This document shows, one piece after another, positions 9,843 through 19,386 of a stretch of DNA of 64,000 nt. The DNA comes from Candidatus Helarchaeota archaeon. Lineage in GTDB: Archaea > Asgardarchaeota > Lokiarchaeia > Helarchaeales > RDOG01. The position numbers were made by a program, and so were the translations under genes. The stretch covers positions 41,669 through 105,668 of the forward strand of contig JAHPZH010000003.1 of assembly GCA_019058315.1 (NCBI GenBank), given 5' to 3'. Within the stretch, counting starts at the first letter, position 1. Every line of letters begins with the position of its first letter. The notes beneath the pieces were generated by a model. The model was not told the origin of the DNA. It searched no databases and was given only the letters and a program-made list of their open reading frames with translations.

Positions 9843-10661
9843 TTAGGCTTCAGCATTGATTTCGTCCAGAGTTTTAACTTTTGGTGCGAAATTCGAAGAG
9901 TGTTTTTCTAATTCATCGAAAATTGCAGCACGAATTAAATAACCTGCTATATGTAGGTTGGTATCCTCCAATACGGGATCTACAACCATTGATGCACTAC
10001 AAGGAAAACTATGGTGAGCTTTACTAATTATTTCTGCTCCTTTTTCATTTAGTTCATTAATCGTTTTGCCACAAACTTGTCTGCAAACATAAAAAGTTGA
10101 ACCACAAGGAGCTGTTCTTTCAACCTTATATGAAATAACCTTATCATTATCAAGATTAAATCTTACTTTTGGTTTTCCAATTTTAAAATATTCGATAAAT
10201 TTATCAATCGTTGGTTGACCACTTGGCTCAAGACTACATGCGGGTCTTGGAAAAGCTACTTCAATTCTTCTTTCTTTACATTCTTTGGTAATCGATTTCT
10301 CAAGCCCTAACCTCACCCATTGACCATCTTCTACAGGTATTATTATTGCTTTGATATTGTTCTCATCTGCAAATTCAGGTATAGCTGAAAGCAAATCTGG
10401 ATGAATACCAACTACGATTAAGACATCAATTCCCAAGGGAATATCTTTAGGTAAGAAATCTTCGGGATTTTCGATAAAAGAGGGTAAATCATCTTCAAGA
10501 CGTTCTAAGCCAAGAAGATTTGCTGCATATGAAGGATAATTACCTCTACATGTTTCCCTCTCACAATTAAGTTCACATACCTCACAAAATTCTTTTATAT
10601 TAATTAAATTTCCAATCACTCTCTCTCCGAATTCATCGGTATATAAAAGATAAACCTTCAT
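9843..10661 (-). CDS. DUF166-family protein (Cys-rich, methanogen-type)
   Basis: HPDL, PACSL, APCGST, HHSFPCSASM; start moved to ATG 10661, which has a gtgata RBS and leaves the operator upstream. Confidence 0.75.
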   Translation of the reverse strand: MKVYLLYTDEFGERVIGNLINIKEFCEVCELNCERETCRGNYPSYAANLLGLERLEDDLPSFIENPEDFLPKDIPLGIDVLIVVGIHPDLLSAIPEFADENNIKAIIIPVEDGQWVRLGLEKSITKECKERRIEVAFPRPACSLEPSGQPTIDKFIEYFKIGKPKVRFNLDNDKVISYKVERTAPCGSTFYVCRQVCGKTINELNEKGAEIISKAHHSFPCSASMVVDPVLEDTNLHIAGYLIRAAIFDELEKHSSNFAPKVKTLDEINAEA

Positions 10662-10679
10662 TCTTATCACTTTAATATA

Positions 10680-10694
10680 TATAACACCGTTATA
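10680..10694. promoter_or_regulatory. Palindromic operator TATAACACCGTTATA
   Basis: On the minus strand it directly follows cgaaat-gttaatata (BRE/TATA-like); upstream of DUF166. Confidence 0.8.
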
Positions 10695-10838
10695 TATTAA
10701 CATTTCGGTTGAATAAAATTCAAGAAATGGTGAGGTTTAAAATAACATAATTTATAATAAAAATAACGTAATTTTTAACGAATTTAACTTAAATTATAAA
10801 AAAATATATAAGTTTTAATTTATTTAAAAAAAATAAAT

Positions 10839-11621
10839 TTAAGGAAGAATTACGGCATCGACAAATAATTCATATTCTTCATCTTCAGATAGATCATGCA
10901 CTCTAACTTTTTCTAAAGTATTAGTTCCTGATATTTCTAATAGTGCGGATTGTCTAAGTACTTTTACATCAGATATTTTTAATTTTGATTTTAAATCTTG
11001 TTCTGCTAAAATTGTTTTTAATGGAGTTATAAAAATAACCCGTCCAGTTTTTTCGGTTAGATCTAAGGCTAATTGAATACTTTTTTCACCATTTTCAACA
11101 ACTAACACCCTTTTACCTTGAAATTCATCGAGATTATCATAGGTTCTATATACTCCTTTATCAATAAATTGGTTTAATCCAATTATATCTGTGGGTTGAC
11201 TCACTTTACAAGTACCAGTAGCAGGTATAACGGACTCTATCTTTGTACCAGTTCTATAATTATTAATGGCTTCATGAAGTGCATCTGCAGCTAAATTTGA
11301 ACAATGCATTTTAATTGGTGGTAACCCTTCTAATTCGTCAGCTACATTCTGTCTAGTAATTTTCATAGCCTCATCTAAGGTTTTTCCTTTAGCCAATTCT
11401 GTTACCATACTAGATGTTGCTATTGCACTTCCACAGCCAAAAGTTTTAAATTTAATATCAACAATTTTATCATCTTTGACTCTAATATAAATATCCATTA
11501 AATCTCCACAGACAGGATTACCAACTCTTCCGACTGCAACATCATCTCCTTCTAATGTTCCAACATTACGAGGATTTCGGAAATGTTCCATAACTTTTTT
11601 TGAATATTGAGTGGATTTCAT
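10839..11621 (-). CDS. iscU: Fe-S scaffold IscU/NifU with a C-terminal degenerate thioredoxin-reductase-like domain
   Basis: GNPVCGD, FGCGSAIA, LPPIKMHC; extra ~120 aa (KGVYRTY...GKRVLVVENGEKSIQLALDL...VDAVIL). Confidence 0.9.
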   Translation of the reverse strand: MKSTQYSKKVMEHFRNPRNVGTLEGDDVAVGRVGNPVCGDLMDIYIRVKDDKIVDIKFKTFGCGSAIATSSMVTELAKGKTLDEAMKITRQNVADELEGLPPIKMHCSNLAADALHEAINNYRTGTKIESVIPATGTCKVSQPTDIIGLNQFIDKGVYRTYDNLDEFQGKRVLVVENGEKSIQLALDLTEKTGRVIFITPLKTILAEQDLKSKLKISDVKVLRQSALLEISGTNTLEKVRVHDLSEDEEYELFVDAVILP

Positions 11622-11624
11622 AAT

Positions 11625-12800
11625 TTAATCAACCTCCTTTTCCTTTTCTGCTAAAGGTGATAACTTTCTTAATCTTTCAACTATATTTGGTAAAACTTCA
11701 ATTAATTTATCAATATCCTCCCTTTTAGTCCACTTCCCCATAGTTACTTCTAAAGAACCATGTGCTTCCTCATGGGTTAAACCTGTGGCAATTAAAGTAT
11801 GAGAGGGTTCTAAAGTTTTAGAAGTACATGCTGAACCCGAAGCAATTGAAATACCTTCATCTTTTAAAGATAATAGTAGTGATTCTCCCTCTACATAATC
11901 AAATCTAAAATGAGCATTATTTGGTAAACGTTTTTTCGGATGACCATTCAAATGGGATTTAGGAATTCTTTCTAAAATACCTTTAATTAAAATATCTCTT
12001 AATTCAATTAATCTTTTACTTTCTGATTCCATATTTTTTTGAGCAATTTCAGCGGCTTTTGCCATCCCGACTATAGATGGTATATCTTCAGTTCCAGACC
12101 TTAACCCTCTTTCTTGACCTCCCCCAATTACAATTGGATTAACATAAATTCCCTTTCTCATATACAATACGCCTAGACCTCTAGGCCCATAAATGTCATT
12201 AGAGGAAAGACTCATTAAATCAATACCATCTTTAACTACATCAATAGAAATTTGACCTTCTGCAGCAACTGCATCTGTATGGAACGTTATATTATGTTCT
12301 TTTGCTATTTTAGCAATTTCTGCAATAGGTTGGATAGTCCCAATTTCATTGTTAGCATATTGAATAGATATCAAAATTGTATCATCTCTGATTTTTTCCT
12401 TAAGTTTATCCAATCTAACAATACCATAGAAGTCAACAGGGACTTTTGAAACTTCAAATCCATTTCTTTCTAAATATTTTGCAATATTATGAATAGATAT
12501 GTGTTCGATTTCAGATATTATAATATGTTTTCCCTTTTTCTTATTCCTCATCACATAACCAATTATTGCGAGATTATTTGACTCAGTCGCACCTGAGGTG
12601 AAAATTATCTCATTATCTTTTTCAGCATTTATGAATTTAGCAATTTTTTTCCTACTATCTGCTAAAGCTTTCGTTGCAATATCTCCATCTGAATGTAAGG
12701 AGGAAGAATTTGCAAATTTTTCTTGAAAATATGGTTTCATTGCCTCGAATACCTCTCCGTCAACAGGTTTCGATGCTTGATAATCTAAATATATTGTCAT
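11625..12800 (-). CDS. iscS: Cysteine desulfurase IscS/NifS
   Basis: IYLDY, FTSGATESNN, NNEIGTIQ, ASGSACTS catalytic Cys loop; the usual PLP-binding SxHK motif reads SSND here. Confidence 0.9.
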   Translation of the reverse strand: MTIYLDYQASKPVDGEVFEAMKPYFQEKFANSSSLHSDGDIATKALADSRKKIAKFINAEKDNEIIFTSGATESNNLAIIGYVMRNKKKGKHIIISEIEHISIHNIAKYLERNGFEVSKVPVDFYGIVRLDKLKEKIRDDTILISIQYANNEIGTIQPIAEIAKIAKEHNITFHTDAVAAEGQISIDVVKDGIDLMSLSSNDIYGPRGLGVLYMRKGIYVNPIVIGGGQERGLRSGTEDIPSIVGMAKAAEIAQKNMESESKRLIELRDILIKGILERIPKSHLNGHPKKRLPNNAHFRFDYVEGESLLLSLKDEGISIASGSACTSKTLEPSHTLIATGLTHEEAHGSLEVTMGKWTKREDIDKLIEVLPNIVERLRKLSPLAEKEKEVD

Positions 12801-12901
12801 TACCCATTTACCTCTAAAGTTACTATTGTATATATTGTATAATTATAATAAAAAATTGTTTTTTAAAATTCATTTCATTAAAAAAATAAAAAAATGATTT
12901 G

Positions 12902-13264
12902 TTAAAACCATAATACGCCATCAGATTCTAAAACTAGGTCGTTTAATGTGGCAGCACCGACGATTTTGACACCTGGGATTAATTCAACTTTATCCCAACC
13001 TAACATTCGCTTTGATGCTTCACATACAAAGATTTCAATTCCCATTTCTAAACACTTATCTAGCATTTCTTTTACGGATGGAAAACTACCTAATTTTATC
13101 TTCTCAGCTTCTCCTGGTTTTAAAATTCTTAATGCAGTTCCTAAATAATATATTTTTGGTTCAATATCCATAGCTTTTGCAGTTTGTGCTAAAACAAGTG
13201 GTGAATATTGGCGTTCAGGATCGTGGCTAGTTTGAACATACAATAATTTTTTATGATCTGGCAT
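12902..13264 (-). CDS. DsrE-family sulfurtransferase-like protein
   Basis: IFVCEAS Cys motif, VGAATL, ~120 aa. Confidence 0.8.
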   Translation of the reverse strand: MPDHKKLLYVQTSHDPERQYSPLVLAQTAKAMDIEPKIYYLGTALRILKPGEAEKIKLGSFPSVKEMLDKCLEMGIEIFVCEASKRMLGWDKVELIPGVKIVGAATLNDLVLESDGVLWF

Positions 13265-13275
13265 ATATTTAACTC

Positions 13276-13515
13276 CTATTCCTTTTTTCTGAAATAGAAA
13301 ATTAATTCATCACCATCTTTAATAAAATCTAAAATTTCGGTGTTAGTTCTTTTAGCCCAGCGATGCAGATCCTCATCTGCAGCTGGATCATCAGCAATTA
13401 CTTTTAAAATTTTTCCTACTTCAAGAGTTTCCATTAAATTTCGTGTCTCAAATAGGGGTTCGGGACAATATAAACCCCGTGTATCTAATTCTTCGTCATG
13501 TTTTATATCTCCCAA
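13276..13515 (-). CDS. tusA: Sulfur carrier TusA family
   Basis: LDTRGLYCPEP, ADDPAA; TTG start with ggagg RBS. Confidence 0.9.
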   Translation of the reverse strand: MGDIKHDEELDTRGLYCPEPLFETRNLMETLEVGKILKVIADDPAADEDLHRWAKRTNTEILDFIKDGDELIFYFRKKE

Positions 13516-13600
13516 TTAAAAACCTCCATGAAGTTTTGATTTGAGATGAATTTTTTTCTATTATATTTTGTGGATATTTTTTATTATCCTTATGTTATAA

Positions 13601-13615
13601 TATAACGCTGTTATA
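13601..13615. promoter_or_regulatory. Palindromic operator TATAACGCTGTTATA
   Basis: Minus strand reads cgaaac-atttaaaa then the operator; upstream of tusA-dsrE-iscS-iscU. Confidence 0.8.
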
Positions 13616-13737
13616 TTTTAAATGTTTCGATCAAAACAAAATGGTTGAAAATTAAAAAGTGAGAAAATACCTAATTAAGTAATTTAAATTAAAAAAAAAA
13701 TAAAAAAATAAAAGCTTTAATAACAAAATAGCTTATA

Positions 13738-14313
13738 TTACCAATTTTCGCATAGGAGCTCAAAGTGTTCTCTCTTATGGGCACAAGCTGGACATTCTTC
13801 TGGTGCCTCTTTACCTTCATGGATATATCCACAATTTCCGCATTTCCATTTTACTACTTTATCTCGTTTAAAAACTTTATTTTTCATTAAATTTTCCCGT
13901 AGACCTAGATATCGTTTTTCATGCTGTTTTTCTGCAATAGCAATATTTCTAAATACTTCGGCAATTTCTTTAAAACCTTCTTCATCGGCAACTTTTGCAA
14001 AACCCGGATACATGTCAGTCCATTCATAATTTTCGCCAGCAGCAGCTTCCTTTAAATTTTCTTTAGTATCTTGGATTGTACCTGCAGGAAAAGCCGCTGA
14101 GATTTCAACTTCGCCACCTTCTAAAAATTTAAAAAGTCTTTTAGCATGTTCCTTTTCATTATCTGCAGTTTCAAGAAATATATTAGAAATCTGAACAAAT
14201 CCATCTTTTTTTGCCTGGGACGCAAAAAAACTATATCGATTTCTTGCTTGGGATTCTCCCGAAAATGCTGTTAAAAGATTTTTTTCTGTTTGTGTTCCTT
14301 TTAGACTTTTCAT
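13738..14313 (-). CDS. rbr: Rubrerythrin
   Basis: [20 protein letters not shown]-terminal WKCGNCGY...CPACAH. Confidence 0.95.
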   Translation of the reverse strand: MKSLKGTQTEKNLLTAFSGESQARNRYSFFASQAKKDGFVQISNIFLETADNEKEHAKRLFKFLEGGEVEISAAFPAGTIQDTKENLKEAAAGENYEWTDMYPGFAKVADEEGFKEIAEVFRNIAIAEKQHEKRYLGLRENLMKNKVFKRDKVVKWKCGNCGYIHEGKEAPEECPACAHKREHFELLCENW

Positions 14314-14359
14314 AAACATACCTCCGTTTTTAATTCTTTTTTATAGATATATAGTTTTT

Positions 14360-14872
14360 TTATTCTGTAACAACTGGTGGATTAAAGACTCTTTGAGCAA
14401 GCTCTCGGTCTAGCATCAACAAAGCATTTTTATCTTCGCCTATCATTTTGAGTTTTTCCAAAATCTCACTGGCTGATGACTCCTCCTCAACTTGCTCTTT
14501 CACATACCATTGGAGCATATTATATGTTGCATAATCCTCCTCAGAAGATGCAAGCTTTACAAGATTACTTATCAATCCAGTAACTTTTTGTTCGTGTTCA
14601 TATGTATGTTCGAATGCCTTTAAAGGTGAATCCCATTCTGTTGGGGGAGCTTCGATTGGAAGTAATTTTGCTCTGCCACCTCTTGCAATTACATAATCAA
14701 ACATTTTCATTGCATGAAAGTTTTCTTCTTGAACCTGAACCCGCATCCAATTTCCAAATCCTTTTAAGTTTATAGATTCGAAATATGCTGCCATTGATAA
14801 GTACAGATATGAAGAATAAAATTCTCTGTTTGCTTGGGTATTTATTGCTTCTTCAATACTTTCTTTAATCAA
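14360..14872 (-). CDS. ftnA: Ferritin
   Basis: [36 protein letters not shown] ferroxidase residues. Confidence 0.95.
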   Translation of the reverse strand: MIKESIEEAINTQANREFYSSYLYLSMAAYFESINLKGFGNWMRVQVQEENFHAMKMFDYVIARGGRAKLLPIEAPPTEWDSPLKAFEHTYEHEQKVTGLISNLVKLASSEEDYATYNMLQWYVKEQVEEESSASEILEKLKMIGEDKNALLMLDRELAQRVFNPPVVTE

Positions 14873-14970
14873 TATGTTCCCTCGTTTAATTTTAATTTTG
14901 ATTATATCTAATTTATTTAAACGAAATTTTCAATATAAAATTGATGAGGAATTCAAGTATTAATGATAGA

Positions 14971-15777
14971 TTAAGGAAATAATTCCCCGAATTTTTTAAA
15001 ATTATTCACACCAATTATTTTAAAAGTTTCAACATAGTTATATGGGGTATTTTTACTATTTTTTCTCGCTTTGAATTTTGCAAATCTTCCAACAATACGG
15101 AATGCTTGTGATTTATAAAATTTTCCCCATTCTTTTATTCTGTCAATTTGATTTGTTACATTTAAATAAAAATTTGGTTTATATCCCCTTCCACGCTCAT
15201 CCCAGAAACCCAGAATTCTTACTTTATGTGATAAATATTTTGTTTTATAATTTGAATTATTAGATAGAAAAAAAGATTTTAATATTATAGCTGACGTGTT
15301 CTTATGATCTGGGTGCATTTCGCGAAACCAATGTGTAAGAATTACTGTAGGTTTTATTTTTCTTATTAAATTAGTAATTTTTAAAACCACATCTTTATTA
15401 TTTATGGTCGGAACTTTCGAATCTTCAAATCTGAGAAATATCGATTTAGCTTTTATTATTTTAGCAACTTTTATTGCTTCTTTTTTCCTAATTGATGCAA
15501 TAATAGTTGATAATTCCTTTCTAATCCTTTTTGAATACAGTGATTTTATTAATGGGATTAAAAAATGGACAAATTTTCCCACAGGCGCTACCGTCTTATC
15601 TCCATTTGTCATCCAAACTATTGAAATAGTAGCACCATATTCAAAATATTTATATAAAGTTGCCCAAACAGATCCCTCGTCATCAGGATGAGCTGCAAAA
15701 ACTAAAATATTTTCATTTCTTTTCATTATTTCTAAATATCCCTTTCCATAATTTATTAATACATTTGGAAAATACAA
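14971..15777 (-). CDS. PIG-L/LmbE family deacetylase
   Basis: AAHPDDE and HPDH motifs; the true start may be ATG 15726. Confidence 0.88.
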   Translation of the reverse strand: MYFPNVLINYGKGYLEIMKRNENILVFAAHPDDEGSVWATLYKYFEYGATISIVWMTNGDKTVAPVGKFVHFLIPLIKSLYSKRIRKELSTIIASIRKKEAIKVAKIIKAKSIFLRFEDSKVPTINNKDVVLKITNLIRKIKPTVILTHWFREMHPDHKNTSAIILKSFFLSNNSNYKTKYLSHKVRILGFWDERGRGYKPNFYLNVTNQIDRIKEWGKFYKSQAFRIVGRFAKFKARKNSKNTPYNYVETFKIIGVNNFKKFGELFP

Positions 15778-15882
15778 TAGGATTTTATTTATTTTTTCAA
15801 TTTAATTTATTAATATTCTTAATTTATTAAAAAACTAGTCTTTTTTAAGTAATTATTTAAAAGATCTTATGGTGATTGAATA

Positions 15883-16713
15883 ATGTGTCAATTTTGTCAT
15901 AAGTATGGTGAAGGAAAAAAATGGTATTTTAATCCCAAATACTATACAGATGAATTTATTAAATCAAGTGAAGTAAATTTAGCGGGTATAATTGAAATAC
16001 TTGGCGGGCCTGGGAAAATGGATTTTGAGCTCGGTGCAGCGATGAGTTTCGATCCTTCACTACCTAATTTAAATGATCAAGTGCAAATTAACCAGTTATC
16101 AATGTTAGTTGAAAAAGCACACGGAGGACAAATTGTTCCATTAGAAGATGCTTATAAAATAGTAGCCCTTTCAAAAAGTGCTATTTTAATTCCATGTTAC
16201 TGTAGAAAATATTTCTCGGGAGGAGAGATTGATAAGATGACTTGCATGTTTCTCTATCCAATTTCAGAAATGGTTCCAGAATCACGTCCATGGGAAAAAG
16301 TTCAAAAATTAACAAAAGAAGAAGCAAAAGCAAAACTCCTCGAATTTGATAAAAAGGGTTATGTGCATGGGGTATATTGGGGACCTGCTCCTTGTCCAGT
16401 TGTGATTTGTAATTGTGAATATCCATATTGTATTGGTCTTCGAGCCCGCTTACATTATAAAGTTGAAAATGCTACAAAAAAAGGTCATTATATATGTGAG
16501 GCAAATATGGACCAATGTGATGGTTGTAATGGAGAACCTAAATGTATTAAGCGATGCTTTTTCGGAGCAATTAAATATGTAATATCTGAAAATAGGGTTA
16601 TAATTGATCCATCAGCTTGTTTTGGCTGTGGTGTTTGCCGTTCTGAATGTCCTAAAGCAGCTTTAAAACTGAAAGATCGATCAGAATGGCCTGCGTTTAA
16701 AGATGAGTGGTGA
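15883..16713 (+). CDS. Cys-rich 4Fe-4S binding protein
   Basis: CYCR, CNC, CDGC..CIKRC, CFGCGVCRSECP. Confidence 0.85.
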   Translation: MCQFCHKYGEGKKWYFNPKYYTDEFIKSSEVNLAGIIEILGGPGKMDFELGAAMSFDPSLPNLNDQVQINQLSMLVEKAHGGQIVPLEDAYKIVALSKSAILIPCYCRKYFSGGEIDKMTCMFLYPISEMVPESRPWEKVQKLTKEEAKAKLLEFDKKGYVHGVYWGPAPCPVVICNCEYPYCIGLRARLHYKVENATKKGHYICEANMDQCDGCNGEPKCIKRCFFGAIKYVISENRVIIDPSACFGCGVCRSECPKAALKLKDRSEWPAFKDEW

Positions 16714-16722
16714 GGATTAAAA

Positions 16723-16992
16723 ATGCTTCAAGAACAAATAACAAAATCTACGAAAACTCCAAGATATAAGGTGAAGATCGACAAAAAATTATGTGGAGAT
16801 CCGATTGAATGCGGGCTTAAATGTGTTAAATCTTGCCCATTTAAAATTTTGGCATATTGTCAGCGTAAAAAACCCAAATTTGGTGAAGCACCTGAGAAAT
16901 TTAAGGTGATATCGGCTTTTAATGTCCTTTGTAATGATTGTAAAAAATGCATTAACATATGTCCAAACAATGCCATTAAAATCAAATTATAA
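16723..16992 (+). CDS. Small ferredoxin-like protein
   Basis: CGLKCVKSCP and CNDCKKCINICP. Confidence 0.8.
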   Translation: MLQEQITKSTKTPRYKVKIDKKLCGDPIECGLKCVKSCPFKILAYCQRKKPKFGEAPEKFKVISAFNVLCNDCKKCINICPNNAIKIKL

Positions 16993-17036
16993 GAAAAATA
17001 ATTCTTTGGGTATTTTACTTCGAGATTTTTCTTTTT

Positions 17037-18269
17037 TTATTTTTGAATAGGTGACAAGTCTTTCTTTTCTTTTTGAGGGATTCTCCTATAATTATTTTCA
17101 ATTTTTACTTTTTCAATGGACTTTTTCTTCTTCATAATTTGACGACCCTTCCATTTTACTTTACCTGTCTTATGGATATATATTGATTTTATAGAAATAA
17201 TCCAAGCTAATATTACAGTAAGGGGATAGAAAAAGATCATATAAAATGGAAAACGAAAACGAATGTATGAAATCGACCAAATTATAAGGGATATTCCTAT
17301 TTCATATAAAGTAAAATAAATCCATAATTCTGAAAGCGGTGAAATAAAGAAATGATAGAAAATTACAACAAATGGTTCAATAAATATTAATAATAGCCAA
17401 TGCCAGACAAATATAAACATCGGATAATTATAACTAAAACCAGGGAATAAGCTTCTACTAAACCCTTCATAAGCTTCAGAAGAACTTTGATACATTCTGC
17501 AGGTTATAAATTTACTACCATCCACAAGACGCCAATTAAATCCATTAGCTAATATTTTTTTTCCAAGAGTAATATCATCTGCAAGTTCTTGTTTAATTTC
17601 CTCATGACCTCCAATTTGAAAATAGACCTCCCTATTAATCAGCATATATTGTCCTACAGAAAGCGAAAATCGAGGATTTTTTAGTTTTTGTGCAATCCCT
17701 ATTGGATAAAATGTATGGATACTCCAAGTCATAATGGGTACTATTAATTTCTCCCCAAATGTTTTAACTTCTTCCTTAGGAATTGCACTGAGGAAATCAG
17801 CATTATATTTAAAAAATGTAGCTACTGCATTTTTGAGTGTATTTGGATGGTGTCTAGTATCCGCATCAGTAAATAATATAAGCTCGCCATCTGCTATATT
17901 CGACATTTGGTGGCAGGCCCAATGTTTACCAATCCAATTATCGGGTTTAGGCTTACCTTTAATAATTTTTATTTTTCCATCTTCATTCGGTAAATTAGAT
18001 AGAGCTTCTTCCATTTCGGAATCCCCATCATCATGTAATACAATTAATTCGAAATTAGGGTATTTTTGTGATATTAAGGTTTGTATACAAGGACCTATAT
18101 TGTCCTTCTCATCTCTTACTGGAACACAGATCGATACTCTTGGATATTCTTTGTAATTTTGTTCTTCTTTTATCCCTTTTAAAGATACTAAATTGCTTAA
18201 ATTAATAATAAATATCACAAAAAGAAAAACACTTATTGAAATCTTGTGAAATAGCCAAAAAGTCTCCAT
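17037..18269 (-). CDS. Membrane glycosyltransferase family 2 (CrtQ/HpnB-like)
   Basis: WIGKHWAC, FTDADT, GQYMLI, ADDITLG, CRMY, terminal WKGR. Confidence 0.85.
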   Translation of the reverse strand: METFWLFHKISISVFLFVIFIINLSNLVSLKGIKEEQNYKEYPRVSICVPVRDEKDNIGPCIQTLISQKYPNFELIVLHDDGDSEMEEALSNLPNEDGKIKIIKGKPKPDNWIGKHWACHQMSNIADGELILFTDADTRHHPNTLKNAVATFFKYNADFLSAIPKEEVKTFGEKLIVPIMTWSIHTFYPIGIAQKLKNPRFSLSVGQYMLINREVYFQIGGHEEIKQELADDITLGKKILANGFNWRLVDGSKFITCRMYQSSSEAYEGFSRSLFPGFSYNYPMFIFVWHWLLLIFIEPFVVIFYHFFISPLSELWIYFTLYEIGISLIIWSISYIRFRFPFYMIFFYPLTVILAWIISIKSIYIHKTGKVKWKGRQIMKKKKSIEKVKIENNYRRIPQKEKKDLSPIQK

Positions 18270-18365
18270 TTTTTGTTATCCCATATCTTTTCTTTCATTA
18301 ATTTCAAATTTCTAATTTTAAGAAATATTCAAATTGGAAAAATAAAAGAAAATTTCTTTAAATAA

Positions 18366-19340
18366 TTGTCTTATATTACACACAATCTTAATTTAAAGTA
18401 TCGGGATTATTTTATGCCTATAAAACAATTAAATTGGGATATGAACTTATTTGCATTTTTAAACCTAATAATTTTGGTCATACTCATTTCCAGTTTATTG
18501 ATAATCATTATTGTTGCGTTAAGAAATCGTACTTCAGATTTTAAAATTATTGATTTTAAATTATTTATTACAGAATGGGGAAAAGCTCACCAATTAGAAG
18601 GTACAATTGAAGAATGGATTGACACCAATCCTTTTTGGAGTAGATTTCTTAAAATGAATTATAAAATTGGAAAAGGTTTAACAAATCTTGGATTCTCCCC
18701 AAATATGATAACTACAATTGGTCTAATTCTATGTCTATTTTCTGGCTGGTTTATAATTTTGGGGGCAATTAGTTGGAAATTAATACCCTCACTTCCTATT
18801 GAATTAATTTTATTATCAGATATAAAACGTAACTTTGTTGAACCTGGTATATATTTTATTATAGCAGGGGTTATTTACATATTCTCAGGATTGGTTGATG
18901 GTTTTGATGGTGCAGTAGCAAGAGTATCTAATAGAATTACTAAATTTGGTGCAATCTATGATAATATGATAGATAAATATTCAGATTTAGCAGTATTTGG
19001 TTCAATTATAATAGTAGGATTATGTGACCCAATTATCGGATTTTTAGCGATTATTGGATTTTTTTTAGTTGAATATGCAAGGGCATTTGGAGAATCCAGA
19101 GGGGTGAAAAAAACAACCCCAACTTTAGCCGAAAGACCAGTAAGATTAATTTTTATTTCAATTTTTTTCTTTGTACTTGCTGGACATTTAATAGCCCTAA
19201 AATATTATATATTTTTACCTTATTCAACTTTAAACTTTTATTTAATAGATATAGGAATGATTATACTCGTTTTTTTCGCCCATTCATCTGTGATCTTTAT
19301 TGTTTTTCATTTAAAGAAGGAAACTTCAAAATTAGAATAG
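18366..19340 (+). CDS. CDP-alcohol phosphatidyltransferase (archaetidylinositol-phosphate synthase-like)
   Basis: SPNMIT; DGFDGAVAR...FGAIYDNMIDKYSD signature; start uncertain. Confidence 0.85.
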   Translation: MSYITHNLNLKYRDYFMPIKQLNWDMNLFAFLNLIILVILISSLLIIIIVALRNRTSDFKIIDFKLFITEWGKAHQLEGTIEEWIDTNPFWSRFLKMNYKIGKGLTNLGFSPNMITTIGLILCLFSGWFIILGAISWKLIPSLPIELILLSDIKRNFVEPGIYFIIAGVIYIFSGLVDGFDGAVARVSNRITKFGAIYDNMIDKYSDLAVFGSIIIVGLCDPIIGFLAIIGFFLVEYARAFGESRGVKKTTPTLAERPVRLIFISIFFFVLAGHLIALKYYIFLPYSTLNFYLIDIGMIILVFFAHSSVIFIVFHLKKETSKLE

Positions 19341-19386
19341 ATTTAAAAAATCTACTATATTTTTTTTAAATTAAGAACTATGATAA

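Noticed and set aside
12819-12845. gttactattgtata upstream of iscS, plus partial sites at 40375-40389 and ~61616-61630
   Set aside because: Wrong spacing or only one good half-site in very AT-rich DNA; not counted
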